Notes: generated by a model not told the origin, from the letters alone. A stretch of DNA of 63,764 nucleotides, filler included, from Guillardia theta CCMP2712 (GCF_000315625.1; 6 parts of 6 records of this genome joined end to end with filler, not necessarily neighbours in it), one strand, 5' to 3'; shown: positions 51,406 to 62,249, counted from the first letter of the whole stretch. A program made the numbers and translations.

Positions 51406-54203
51406 ATGTCGGAAGTCTCCCTGGCTTATCAGCCGACCATAACATTTGGAGCTGCTTTTGGATCAGGGTTCAGTCAACGTCCCTTTGTCAGATGCTTGTT
51501 TGCAGATGCATCTATACATTTTTCATTACTACGTCAAACATGGTTTCAAGCTCCTCCTCTTGATTGCAATGATATGGAAGAGTTGATGAGATTCTTCTGG
51601 TTTCAAATCGAATCGCGTCCAATGACAATTCTTCAGAGAATTCTGCCAGCTAGAACCGCGAATTATGGACGATATTATATCAGACACCAGTCAAATAGAG
51701 GTTTGGAATTCCTTGCTGCATTCGAGGGATTCGTAAAAGAAGATGGCACCCCAGACGTTCTTATGTTCCTGACAAGGATCGGACAGGGATACATGTTCTC
51801 TTCTACCTCAATTTTTGGCAGCACATTTCGTCGGTACTTCAAGCTTCTAGAGGACTACAACACATTGCAGAATGAGAACGCACGTCTAAATCAAGAGATT
51901 GTTGCTTTGCGGGAGAAGTCAGAACAATTGAAACCTTTATTTGATGTTCAGAAACTCACATTTGCCAACTTATGGCGCACGATTTTTCCGAAGAAGGAAT
52001 ATCCACAAGGTGTTGACAGCATGTCAGAAAGTGATCATCTCGGATACCTGAGAACAGTTTTGAGTTGTCTACAGCCCGTCATTTGTATTTTGGAATCTTG
52101 CTTGCAAAACTTGAGTCCTGGTTATTCAATCAGCAAGATGTTTGGTTATCTGATTGCAATACCTCAGAGAAAAACCTCTGTGTTGAATTTGGAAAATTTT
52201 CTTTCCGGTTTTTCATCCTCGATCACAAAAACTCTCAGATGCCGTATCCTCTCAAACAATTCGATACGTATGGCTCTGCGTAGAATTTCTTCATGTTTGA
52301 TGCCGACTGCTGAACAAATTGCAAGGGAGTCCCTGGAGAGGGGAATTTCGCATAGCTCTATTTGTCATGTATACTCGATGTATCACTACACGGGTATGAT
52401 GCCTTGTCCCAAATTGGTCACAACTTCAAGAGCTCAGATCAAAAAGCATGTCCAAGAATTATTGGGGCTTGTGGAAACTGCAGATGGATACAGAATTCCT
52501 CTTGAAAGGAGACTCGAACTGCATTTGATGGAATACATGGAACAACAACATGTTCATCTGTTGGACATCAAAAAGTTGCTTACATTGCTTGCGTTCGACG
52601 GAACAAGACTGGGTTCATCTGCTCAATCTAACTCATCGCATTGTGAATTTACCCTAACCTGCGCAGCTGTCTTTTCAAGATTTGTGGAAACACTTGTTAG
52701 GCAGCAGGAAGATTTTCTTAATTCCCCACTGTCTTTAGCTACATTTCTTTTAATATGTATGGATGATACTATCGAAAATGTGAAGCGAAATTTTTGGGAA
52801 ATGTATTTGCAAGAGCTGATTGCGCTCATCAAAGACACTACCTTAGATAATGGGAAAATTTTAAAGGCTGGGCTGCATTTCTATCGCGATCCTGAAACCA
52901 ACCAACTTACCTGTCTTGGAGGTCGGGCACGGACAGCATCTTCTCTGGAAGATGTTCCAGAGGTGGTATTGCCCCTTGAAATTTACTTCAAGGGTGACAT
53001 GAAAGGGTTTTGGAATCTGGTTGCGATGAAAGGTATCCGTGGAACGCACTGCTGCTTGTTTTGCAACATCAGTACAAGTGCAAAGCATGAGATGTTTCAC
53101 ATAATCAATGTCGAGACAGAGCAATCTGTTTCTAATTTTTGTGCGGAAGTGTCGATACCTGTAGATTGCTTTTGGATTCTCAACGACGGTGCAGCTGAAG
53201 GCGGTTCAAACATTGTTCAATTATGTATGTTCAACCGCCAAACTCTCAGTCAGGCTGACAAGGCTGCTCTGCGAAGTTCAAGATCATCAAATATGTTGCA
53301 CGCAGGGCAAAGGGTAGTGGTTTTGAAGCAAGATGAATCTTTCACGCGACAACATGACATGCTCAACCAATGTGGCTTAACATGCAAAAGTATGATTCTT
53401 TGCATGCTTCATCTCAAGCTGAGGATTACTTCATGCTTTGTCAAGTGGTTTTACAAAACAGCCACCAAGATGAGATTGCTCCAAGCTGTCAATCGTGTAT
53501 TGGTGACATCTGGAATCAATTACAATCTGGAAGGATCATCTGATAGACTACCAAGCTTGAATGGTGAGCAGTGCGATGATATGGTGGAAGTTGCTCTACC
53601 AAGAATTGTTGATGTGTTAATCAACGATTCTGTACTGAACAATCAGTTCCAAGAGGTTTTCAAGATCTGGTCTCGAATCCTTTCTACAATCACAAAAACC
53701 CACAGAAATTATTTTCAACCCGGAGAGATAGAATCCCTACAAGGAAGGATCAATTCGTTTGTAATCAAGTACGTGTCTTTGACTGGCGACAAACAAATGT
53801 TTTCAGCAATTTACTTCCATATGTTGAGTTCGGGACATGTCTCAGACCTTTTCCGTCATCACATGGATGTGAATGAACTGCCCTTAGGACTTCTCAGTAT
53901 GAGTACCAACGAGTTAAGACATAAGGTAGAGTTTGCATTGAACTTCGAACCTCATTCTTGCGTACTTAATGTACTTATCAGTTGCGGGGAAGAGGAGCAT
54001 GGAGGCAAGCGGGTGCCCAAGCGAATAAGAACATGAAAAGGGATCTAGCGGCGGCAGGTTTGGATAAAGACAACGATGATCCTGAGGTTATCAGGCAGGC
54101 AGCGAAAAGACACAGAGGTTTGTACACGTTCATAAACATGGCGTGTAACCAGTTTGTCACGGGTAAAGCAGTTGAAAACATGAAGCAAAAATTGAAAGAA
54201 TAA
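51406..54203 (+). CDS. RAG1/Transib-like DDE transposase, about 913 aa; exons 51406-53925 and 53982-54203
   Basis: Ordered RAG1-core motifs: AFDG (D at 52597), NSPLSLATFLLICMDD (cf. NSELCCKPLCLMLADE), KGDMK (D at 52996), HCCLFC (ZnC2), CMLHLKL, SLNGEQC, YFHMLSSGH (ZnH2) and LGLLSMSTNELRHK (E at 53911). A 56-nt GT-AG intron continues in frame to LRGRGAWRQ. Confidence 0.88.
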
Positions 54204-54213
54204 AGCAAAAAGA

Positions 54214-55350
54214 CTAAGGTTGTGGTGGACAAGGTTGTTGACATTTGTATCTCTCCCATAGGACTCTTGATGGCGTCCCTCCCACGCTTCCAATGCCTCC
54301 AAGTGACCATACAAAGTTACCATTGCGAGTGGATACAACCAATGGCGAGGCTACAAACATTTGTGTCAGATTGTCTTGTAATTGAGGAGAGTTTTTGCAT
54401 GGGAATTCCAAGAAAGTTTGAAATGACTTATCTTGCAAAATCACTTCTGGAATGGTCCACGAATATTTCCATTCTCTCCTTTCAACCTTCAAATGGTTCC
54501 ATAATTGTGCTGGAATGAGTCTCAACAGTGCACAAAATGAAATCTCATGGCTTTTGAATTCATACTCACGAGTTCCCTTCTTCTCAAAGGTCTCACTTCT
54601 TGACTTCAACCACTGATTCAGCTTCTTTTTGACTTCAGTCATATCTCGACAAATCCGATTGTACTCCGACGCAGAACAGAAAGTTGTTTGCACCATCTTT
54701 TCAACGAGGGATGCCGGGTTTGCCATGGAGAAGTGAGAGATTTCACAGTATTTGTTCTTTTTGACATTGTCTTCATGAAAAAATATGTACCCATGCACTC
54801 TGAAATTATCCTCGAGATCATCGTTGGCATGATCCAACATGCAAGGAAAGCTGAAGAAACAAATGTTTTGTATAGCTTTTACATCGACCGTATCCTTGTA
54901 ACTTGATTGAAAGCAATCACGGTTTCCAATTTTGGTCAAAATTCTTTTCAGGGCCACACAGGGTACTCGATTAGTTGTAATGTTCTCGTCTACATGTTCC
55001 AAGAGGACTCGATCATACATGATGTACACTTCGACAACCTGTGCATCTGAATCCAGCGATTTGATCATCCCCAGTCGATTCACTTCAACGCCCCTGTGAT
55101 CTTCACACTGATATTGAACCCCTATGCCAGGCTCAAGTCTGATATTCAAATCACTCCTTGGCTTGTTCCAGTACATCCTGGGCAAGTCTCGATCATCAAC
55201 TGACATCTGCAGGATCATTGGAAGCCTCAAATCTTCAGGTATCTTTGACTCATCACAAGTCTCTTCCTGCTCCAAGGATGTGTCGAAATCTTCCTGCCTT
55301 CGCCTTTTCTGAATTCCATTTGATGCTGATACACGACGAGGAAGATTCAT
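54214..55350 (-). CDS. Transposon accessory protein, 378 aa, with putative BAH-like domain
   Basis: Uninterrupted ORF inside the TIRs, stop 10 bp from the transposase stop. It has an NLS-like KRRR, and EPGIGVQY..RLGMIKSL..VEVYIMYDR..RDCFQSSYKDTVDVKAIQNICFF resembles the BAH consensus. Confidence 0.7.
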   Translation of the reverse strand: MNLPRRVSASNGIQKRRRQEDFDTSLEQEETCDESKIPEDLRLPMILQMSVDDRDLPRMYWNKPRSDLNIRLEPGIGVQYQCEDHRGVEVNRLGMIKSLDSDAQVVEVYIMYDRVLLEHVDENITTNRVPCVALKRILTKIGNRDCFQSSYKDTVDVKAIQNICFFSFPCMLDHANDDLEDNFRVHGYIFFHEDNVKKNKYCEISHFSMANPASLVEKMVQTTFCSASEYNRICRDMTEVKKKLNQWLKSRSETFEKKGTREYEFKSHEISFCALLRLIPAQLWNHLKVERREWKYSWTIPEVILQDKSFQTFLEFPCKNSPQLQDNLTQMFVASPLVVSTRNGNFVWSLGGIGSVGGTPSRVLWERYKCQQPCPPQP

Positions 55351-56032
55351 TTGTTCACAGTGTCTTAACTGGGGCCGCTGTGATGAATAGGGGAGCAGGC
55401 GGTGAGGAAAGGGAGCAGGGAGGGGCAGGGAAGCATGGAGAGAGGGAGGGGAACCCCCCACACCTGGCTAGTCCGATGTACGACCGGTAATTTATCATAT
55501 AATTTAGGCATAAAGGTGGGGTAGGAGTATATACCCGTAGGCGAGTGACCCCTACGATTTCAAGAAAAATATTTGCTGTTTGATTGGAAACATGGGAACC
55601 TGTGTTCCAGAAGTACCCTACAACACATAGGGTAGGTAATGACAAAATAACCGGTACAGGAAAAAAACGATTGCCGTTGCTAGCTGACGTACGACTCCTT
55701 GATTTGAAAACAAAAATACTTATTGGCTGGATTTACTACACTCGTCAATTGCTGACACTAATAAGATTTCATGGGCGTGTATCGAAATATACGAATAACC
55801 CTACCCCCTCAATATCAGACAAACATACCGGTACACAGGGTAGAGAACAGCCAAGAGGCGTGTAAGCCGGAACTCAAATGCTTAAAACAAATATAAAAGA
55901 GTACTGAGTGGTACAAATGGATCTGGTACAAAATTGACTAAAGACTGTATGCTTATGATCAAATTAACAGGTACAAGTGTTTGTTAAAAGGATATAAATT
56001 TATAATTGGGCATTAGTAAATGCCATGGAATG

Positions 56033-56905
56033 CTTTTTTATATCGCAGATCCAAAAACCCATAGGACATTTCTCCCAGGGGGAAGAAAACCTCCCTTGAC
56101 CCCCCTGTTTCTCGACGGATCCTGCCGGCCGGGCCCGTCAGTAGACCGACTGCAGCCTTCAGCCCCGCCTCAGACCCCCTGGAGGCCCGCCAGGAGGCTA
56201 AGTGTCCGGAGATTGGCCGGGGGCCTGATCTCTCCGGGCGGCCGTGACCGGTCAGCGGACCGTGTCAGCAGGCCCGTGACATGTCAGCCGGCTGACAGGG
56301 GCCGTGACCCGGCTGACAGGCTCACCTGACCGGTCACGTGACACATCACGTGACCGAGACAAGACTTTTTTATATCGCAGATCCAAAAACCCATAGGACA
56401 TTTCTCCCAGGGGGAAGAAAACCTCCCTTGACCCCCCTGTTTCTCGACGGATCCTGCCGGCCGGGCCGGTCAGTAGACCGACTGCAGCCTTCAGCCCCGC
56501 CTCAGACCCCCTGGAGGCCCGCCAGGAGGCTAAGTGTCCGGAGATTGGCCGGGGGCCTGATCTCTCCGGGCGGCCGTGACCGGTCAGCGGACCGTGTCAG
56601 CAGGCCCGTGACATGTCAGCCGGCTGACAGGGGCCGTGACCCGGCTGACAGGCTCACCTGACCGGTCACGTGACACATCACGTGACCGAGACAAGACTTT
56701 TTTATATCGCAGATCCAAAAACCCATAGGACATTTCTCCCAGGGGGAAGAAAACCTCCCTTGACCCCCCTGTTTCTCGACGGATCCTGCCGGCCGGGCCG
56801 GTCAGTAGACCGACTGCAGCCTTCAGCCCCGCCTCAGACCCCCTGGAGGCCCGCCAGGAGGTTAAGTGTCCGGAGATTGGCCGGGGGCCTGATCTCTCCG
56901 GGCGG
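56033..56905 (+). repeat. 332-bp tandem repeat, right part (units start 56033, 56365, 56697; last truncated)
   Basis: Exact 332-bp period with only a few substitutions. Confidence 0.95.
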
Positions 56906-57105
56906 AAGCACCCGATGATTTGCATATTTTGCACCACCTTTGAAGCTTTGCACCAATTTTTGGGCTTCCATGAGGTTTTGGCTTCTTGCAAGTACTGTGA
57001 AAGTANNNNNNNNNNNNNNNNNNNNNNNNNNNNNNNNNNNNNNNNNNNNTTAATTAATTAANNNNNNNNNNNNNNNNNNNNNNNNNNNNNNNNNNNNNNN
57101 NNNNN

Positions 57106-60100
57106 CCTCTTGTTTGGGGGCTTCCCTCCTCCCTGGCTGGCCTTCTTCTCTTCCCTGTTCCTGCCTGCTCAAGTCCGAGTTTTGCCCAGATGACATTCGC
57201 TTGTAGATATTGTGCGAGGATTTCTTCTGCTTGTTCCCTTTGCTTTGGGAATGGCCAGAGTCGCACGGGCAGGTGCAGGGAGATGCCCTCGGTATCTGGG
57301 ACGGGTAAAATACTTGTCATGGAGTGGAAGCCTACTTGGGGCAGTAGTCTCCATGCCTTTGCAAAACTCTCCCAACCTTGCCGAGCAGGAGATGTAGGTA
57401 GGGAGTTTTCTCCGGACGGCAGGGAGTTTTCTTCTGAGAGCATCTTGTCCTCCAGGTCGTGTAAGATGGCTATTGTCCCCGGTTTCATCTTGCTTTCAAT
57501 CATTTCCCAACTGATGGTGGTCTGCATTTTTTCCGCTATCCAGATTGCGAGTCTTTCCGGTCCTCTTATCTCTTCGTTCTCTTTGAGTCTGCCCGATCTG
57601 ATTTCTCGTTGTAGCTGGTTTATTGTTTGACACCCCCATTGGTTGCACCATGATGTTAGTTTGCGGATCAGACTGCTTTTGATATCATCATCCACCCTGC
57701 ATTTCTTATTTGTTTCTTTCTCTAGATACCGAATCGCCGCCCTTCCCAAGATGGGTGCTGGATGGGGGAGTTGGAGGCCTCCTCTGTCCCAAGGTAGGTG
57801 AAAGATAGCGTTGCTTGTACTCTTGCTCAATCCCATAGCTCTTTTGAATGCTCTGGTCCAGAGGGTATCTAAGGTTTGTAAGTCTGACCAAGACCAGCTC
57901 ACCAGTACCGCCGAGTATCTAAAGATATTGACGATGCCTACCTTCACCAGGTAATATTTTTGGGCTGCAGAGTAAGCAGATGATTCAATCAGCTTTGTCA
58001 GTTCTTTTGTCTTCTCCAAGATGTGTTCTTTCTCTCCCCACGTGAAGGGGCAGGTGTGCGCCTTGTTGCCTCTTCCTCCTGGTCTCCACAAGCTGATCCG
58101 GATCCCTAGATATTTGAACCATTTTGTCGGTGGTAGGTTCACAAACTCCTTGTCAAAGAACTTGATGTTTTGTGTTCCTTGGATCTCCCTCTTTAGCCGA
58201 TAATCAAAGCTGGTGATTTCAGATTTCTTCGTGTTCAGTTCTAATCCACTCCATCGACAGAATCGTTCTACCACTTGAACAAGCGTTTTCATCTCTCTCA
58301 CTGAATGTCAAGGTCGTCTGCAAATGACAGATTATTAGGGTGTTGAGTTGCTTTCTCGTTTTGTTGATCAAGTTGTCTGGACAAGATGCTGAGCAGAAGA
58401 TTTGTTTTTGGTGGACTCGCGGGGCTGCCTTGAGGTAATCCCCGGAGGAGCGGGATTGCTGCTGTATCAAACCTCTCAGTCTGGATTTGCAGAGCTATGC
58501 CTTGACTGCAGCTGACTGCGACGTCGACATCGCGCTGGTGGAATCCATATACCTCCATGATTTTTGCGATGGATTCAACCGCGACGTTATTGAAGAAGTT
58601 GGCAAAGTCGAGGTATAACAGTATAATGTTGTTTTGACTGCTCTGGGCCTCCTCGATGATGTTAAGTAGTCTATGACCTTGACGGATCGTCCCGCCCTCG
58701 GGTCGGAAACCCTCTTGGTTATCTGTTAACAGCTTGTGCCTCTCAGCTGCTTTTGCCAGTCTGTGTGCTATCACCGCTTGGAAGATTCGCGTCACCGACG
58801 AGAGGATACATATAGGACGCATATTTTCCAGAACATGACAGAGCTCGTTTTTTGGAAGGAGTCTGACTCGTGCTAGCATGTTCAACAACGTTTTGTCTCC
58901 TGTCAACGCTCTACTGATCACTTTTCCTATCTCCTCCTTTGCGCTGTCAGGTAAAGCTTTCAGGATCTCGTTTGAGATCAAATCCATGCCTGCGGCCTTG
59001 CGATTTGATACTTTTTGAATCCAAATCTGAATTTCTCCTGGCTCCAGGGGAAAAGCAATTTCTATTTCCCTGGTCGGGTGTTGATCAATGTTCGCGGGAG
59101 AGTTGAATTCCGGTGGTTGGACGGAGGTGAATGATTGACACTGTTTGCAGAAGAAGAGGATCGTCGTTTCTTCGTTCTTCTGACCTTTGTCATATAGCGG
59201 GATCAATCGTCCTCGTGTTTGACACTCCGCCTTTGCGCAGGTTCCATTCGTCGTGCAGCCGTTGACTGCGAAGAAGGTTGCCGTGTGGGTTTCATCTTCG
59301 AGTTCGCTAGCCAATCTCATAGGGAGAAATTGCTCGATGTTCTTGTATCCTTCTAGGCGCCACCCTCCTGGTTGTGGGAGCAGTTCCCGAATGATTTGTA
59401 CAATCAAATGTGCTGGCGCCACGGTGAGGGAGAGCTTCTTTGATGTTTGATTTCCCGCCCCGAGGACCTCAACGTGCAGTAAGGTTTGATGTTTTGCATT
59501 CCAAAAAGTTTTGCTTGATTCTTTGGAGCTGTTTTGCAGGAATGCTTCCATCAGCGGATCCAGGTCCTGTAAATACTCTAGCTCTGACCGCTGCAGCGCT
59601 GGTTGGAGATCGCTCCATGAGGTGAGTTCAATTGTATTTGGGTGGCATTTCTCTGGCAGTTGGCTACTCATTGGGGCTTTGGGCTTATAGTCTGATTTCT
59701 TCCCCATTGCATTCTGGGACTCTTTACTCCCTATCGTGCCCAGTCGTCGTCGGCGTTCCTCGCAAGCTTTCAGGAAGGTTTGTTGGTCCTGTTCGGTGCA
59801 GATCTCCTTGAATTTGATCATAGTCTCTCTTAGTTCGGCGTTGATACTCGACTCCCTGTGTGCACGATCAATATAGTCTGTGATTTCTGATGCGCTTCTC
59901 AGATCCTTGCGAAGTTGCTTAATCTTCCTTTTCAGGTCCATTTGAATCTTCGATGAGTATCGCTTCCCACCTGAGGTTCGTAGGGGGATTTCCTTAATGG
60001 GAAGGGCAGTTGTTATCAAATTGATAATGTCGCAATCTTGCTGTAGAGCTTGTGCCGCTTGTATCTTCTCGTCGAGAGCCATTGCCCATTCCACGCCTAG

Positions 60101-60900
60101 TCGTCCCGATATCTTTTCTATCTCTACCACCCGCTTCTTTCGTCGAAGAATGGCATCTCGGTCCTTCCTTTGTGTAAGCATTTCAACCGTTGGAATAAAT
60201 TGTTCGCCCTTATCATCTAGCGCAGTCACATTCACCACCAGTGCCCTGTGATCGACTGCGGCTCCTATGATGCAGTCTTCTGCGGTCTCGGATATCAGGC
60301 TTACTGTGCGAGATGAATGATGTAGAGCGAAGACATGGTCTAATTTGGCTTGGTGGTGGCCCTGTTTGTACCATGTGGAGAAGGTGAAATGCGAACTGCT
60401 TCTGCTCATCTTTTCGCAGGTGACCATCTGATATCGCCCCAGCTCATTTAAGTTTCGTTCCATTTCCTCATCTGCGCGGTGCACGTTCGAGTTGCTCCCG
60501 TACCCTACTCTCGTGCAGATCTCTGCAAGCTTTCGAGATGCGTTGAAGTCGCCTCCGACGATGCTGAGCTTAATGTTTGGGTCCATCTTGAGCATCTGGC
60601 TCAGCGCCTTCCACATGTTGTCTCGGTCCCTCCCCTCCGATGCGATAGGGAAATGTACGTTCGCCAACAATATTGTTTCTTTTTTGCGGCCAACGTGTAA
60701 AACCTGTATTCTTTTTTGGGAGACCTCGCGCTCCTCTTCCATGGCGAAGTGCCATGTAGAAAGTTCGGATCCATTTTATTCGACCCAAAACCTACCAAAC
60801 CGACCGGATAAGACAGCTAGTTGACTGAAGCCCGTGCCTTTCGTGATAAATACTCGATAGCATCCCCATTCCTTCTTGATCATCGTTCGGAGAGCTATCT
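57106..60900 (-). mobile_element. Non-LTR retrotransposon ORF2 (APE endonuclease plus reverse transcriptase), frameshifted at about 58300, 3' part lost at linker
   Basis: APE: VGGDFNA, KLDHVF, DHRAL. RT: KAAGMD, RPICIL, QEGFR, LDFANFFN, GLPQGSPASP, FADDL. The next frame continues SGLELNTKKS, FKYLG, RGGLQL. Confidence 0.92.
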
Positions 60901-60986
60901 CTTTCCTTAAGATACTGCATAACAAGAAAACCGGCAGCCACCTCAAGTCATTTCAATTGAGGAGCGCAAAGTGCATTAGGCCAATG

Positions 60987-62249
60987 TTATTCACGTAAGT
61001 CCTGCTCATCCTGAGTCGAAGATGAATGCTGAGAATCTTCGTCGGTATCCTCCACTGACTCATCATCGTACGAAACCTCATGATGCGTTGACCTGTCATT
61101 CCTATACGCATCGGTTGTCAAATCCATGGACTTAGCTTCTCGATACAATGCTGGCAACAAACTCCCAATACTCAAAGCCTTGTTCACATTTTGCTTTTCC
61201 AAGTCAATCAACAACCTCATGACGAAACTCGCGGTCACCTCATTGAACAAATTCTGTGCGAAATACCGTTCAAGACCAAACCTCGTGCAAGCTGTCTCGA
61301 CTTGTCCTTGTCCATGAAATAACACCATGCAACAAGCAATAAAATGATTTGCTAAAGCTGAAAACCTGTTGACAAAATCCGAAGTCTTTTCCTCTGACCC
61401 TTGTATCGTACATTGAATCTCACCCAAAATATACTGCAAGTGCGACAACGACAAATACTCCTTCACCAGCAACGATTTGAATGATTCCCAAGTACCTTGT
61501 GTGGAAATTAATCTATCCTCGCCACGCAATGTTTGCAACCAATTCCTCACACGATTACCAACTAATGTTGCAGCAATGTCAACCTTTTGATCTGGAGGGA
61601 TTCTTTGACGCTGGAATTGAAAATCAAGCTCCCCAAACCAACTTGCCACGGAATATTCTAGAGTCATTTCTCCATTAAATCGAGAAATATCCTTGGAATG
61701 AAACTTCACAAGGGAAGACTGCTGCTTGACATGCTGACTTGACATGTCGTTCGACATGCTCGTATTGTTTTGCTTGCATGTTGCATCAGCCCCTCTTGGT
61801 TCCTTGATCGGAAGGTATTGAACTGCTCCTGATTCATTTAATCTGAACCGTTGCATCATTTCCTCGAACATTTTTTTATTTTCTTCCCTAAGGACAGAGA
61901 TTTCCTGTTTTGTCTCGACGAGCTCTCTTTCCTTACGAAACATCACTTCCTTGACGAAAGCTTCATACTTTACTTGCATGTCCATTGCGAGTTGCAATTC
62001 TTCTCGCAACTTCTTGTTTGCAGCGACCAATTCTTCAAACTGCACTGATTCGAACCTCGGCCGGGTCGAACCTGCCGGAGACGCAATCCTGGAAATTTCC
62101 AAGTCCACTGCGCCCTCCCTGTCGCGCACTTGTTGCGTGACCGATCCATCATAAGAAGGTATATTAATCCTCGAAAATCCCGCGACGTCTCGCTGATTTC
62201 CGTTCGGATCCTCTTCTGAGGTAGAAGGTACCGTCGTAACTTCCCTCAT
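60987..62249 (-). CDS. LTR-retrotransposon-type Gag (capsid) protein with N-terminal coiled coil
   Basis: RFNGE..VASWFGEL..QKVDIAATLVGNRVRNW..TWESFKSLLVKEY..IQGSEEKTSDFVNRF (major-homology-region-like). Confidence 0.75.
   Translation of the reverse strand: MREVTTVPSTSEEDPNGNQRDVAGFSRINIPSYDGSVTQQVRDREGAVDLEISRIASPAGSTRPRFESVQFEELVAANKKLREELQLAMDMQVKYEAFVKEVMFRKERELVETKQEISVLREENKKMFEEMMQRFRLNESGAVQYLPIKEPRGADATCKQNNTSMSNDMSSQHVKQQSSLVKFHSKDISRFNGEMTLEYSVASWFGELDFQFQRQRIPPDQKVDIAATLVGNRVRNWLQTLRGEDRLISTQGTWESFKSLLVKEYLSLSHLQYILGEIQCTIQGSEEKTSDFVNRFSALANHFIACCMVLFHGQGQVETACTRFGLERYFAQNLFNEVTASFVMRLLIDLEKQNVNKALSIGSLLPALYREAKSMDLTTDAYRNDRSTHHEVSYDDESVEDTDEDSQHSSSTQDEQDLRE

Larger units (their letters stand above)
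51005..56032 (+). mobile_element. Complete two-gene RAG1/Transib-like DNA transposon (5028 bp) with perfect 25-bp TIRs
   Basis: Left TIR CATTCCATGGCATTTACTAATGCCC (51005-51029) and right TIR GGGCATTAGTAAATGCCATGGAATG (56008-56032). The flanks rejoin into the 332-bp unit. Two open, convergent ORFs lie inside. Confidence 0.9.

Noticed and set aside
54214-55350. Calling the partner RAG2-like
   Set aside because: No kelch repeats or PHD are visible; only its position and orientation match RAG2L.
51005-56032. Canonical 12/23 RSS heptamer-nonamer in the ends
   Set aside because: There is no CACAGTG, and the only nonamer-like word (AACAAACAC inside the right end) is at the wrong spacing and unmatched on the left.
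50372-56905. 332-bp array as a CRISPR-like repeat-spacer array or as a repeated 107-aa gene
   Set aside because: Units are identical end to end with no variable spacers; the ORF starts at GTG and has no recognisable domain.
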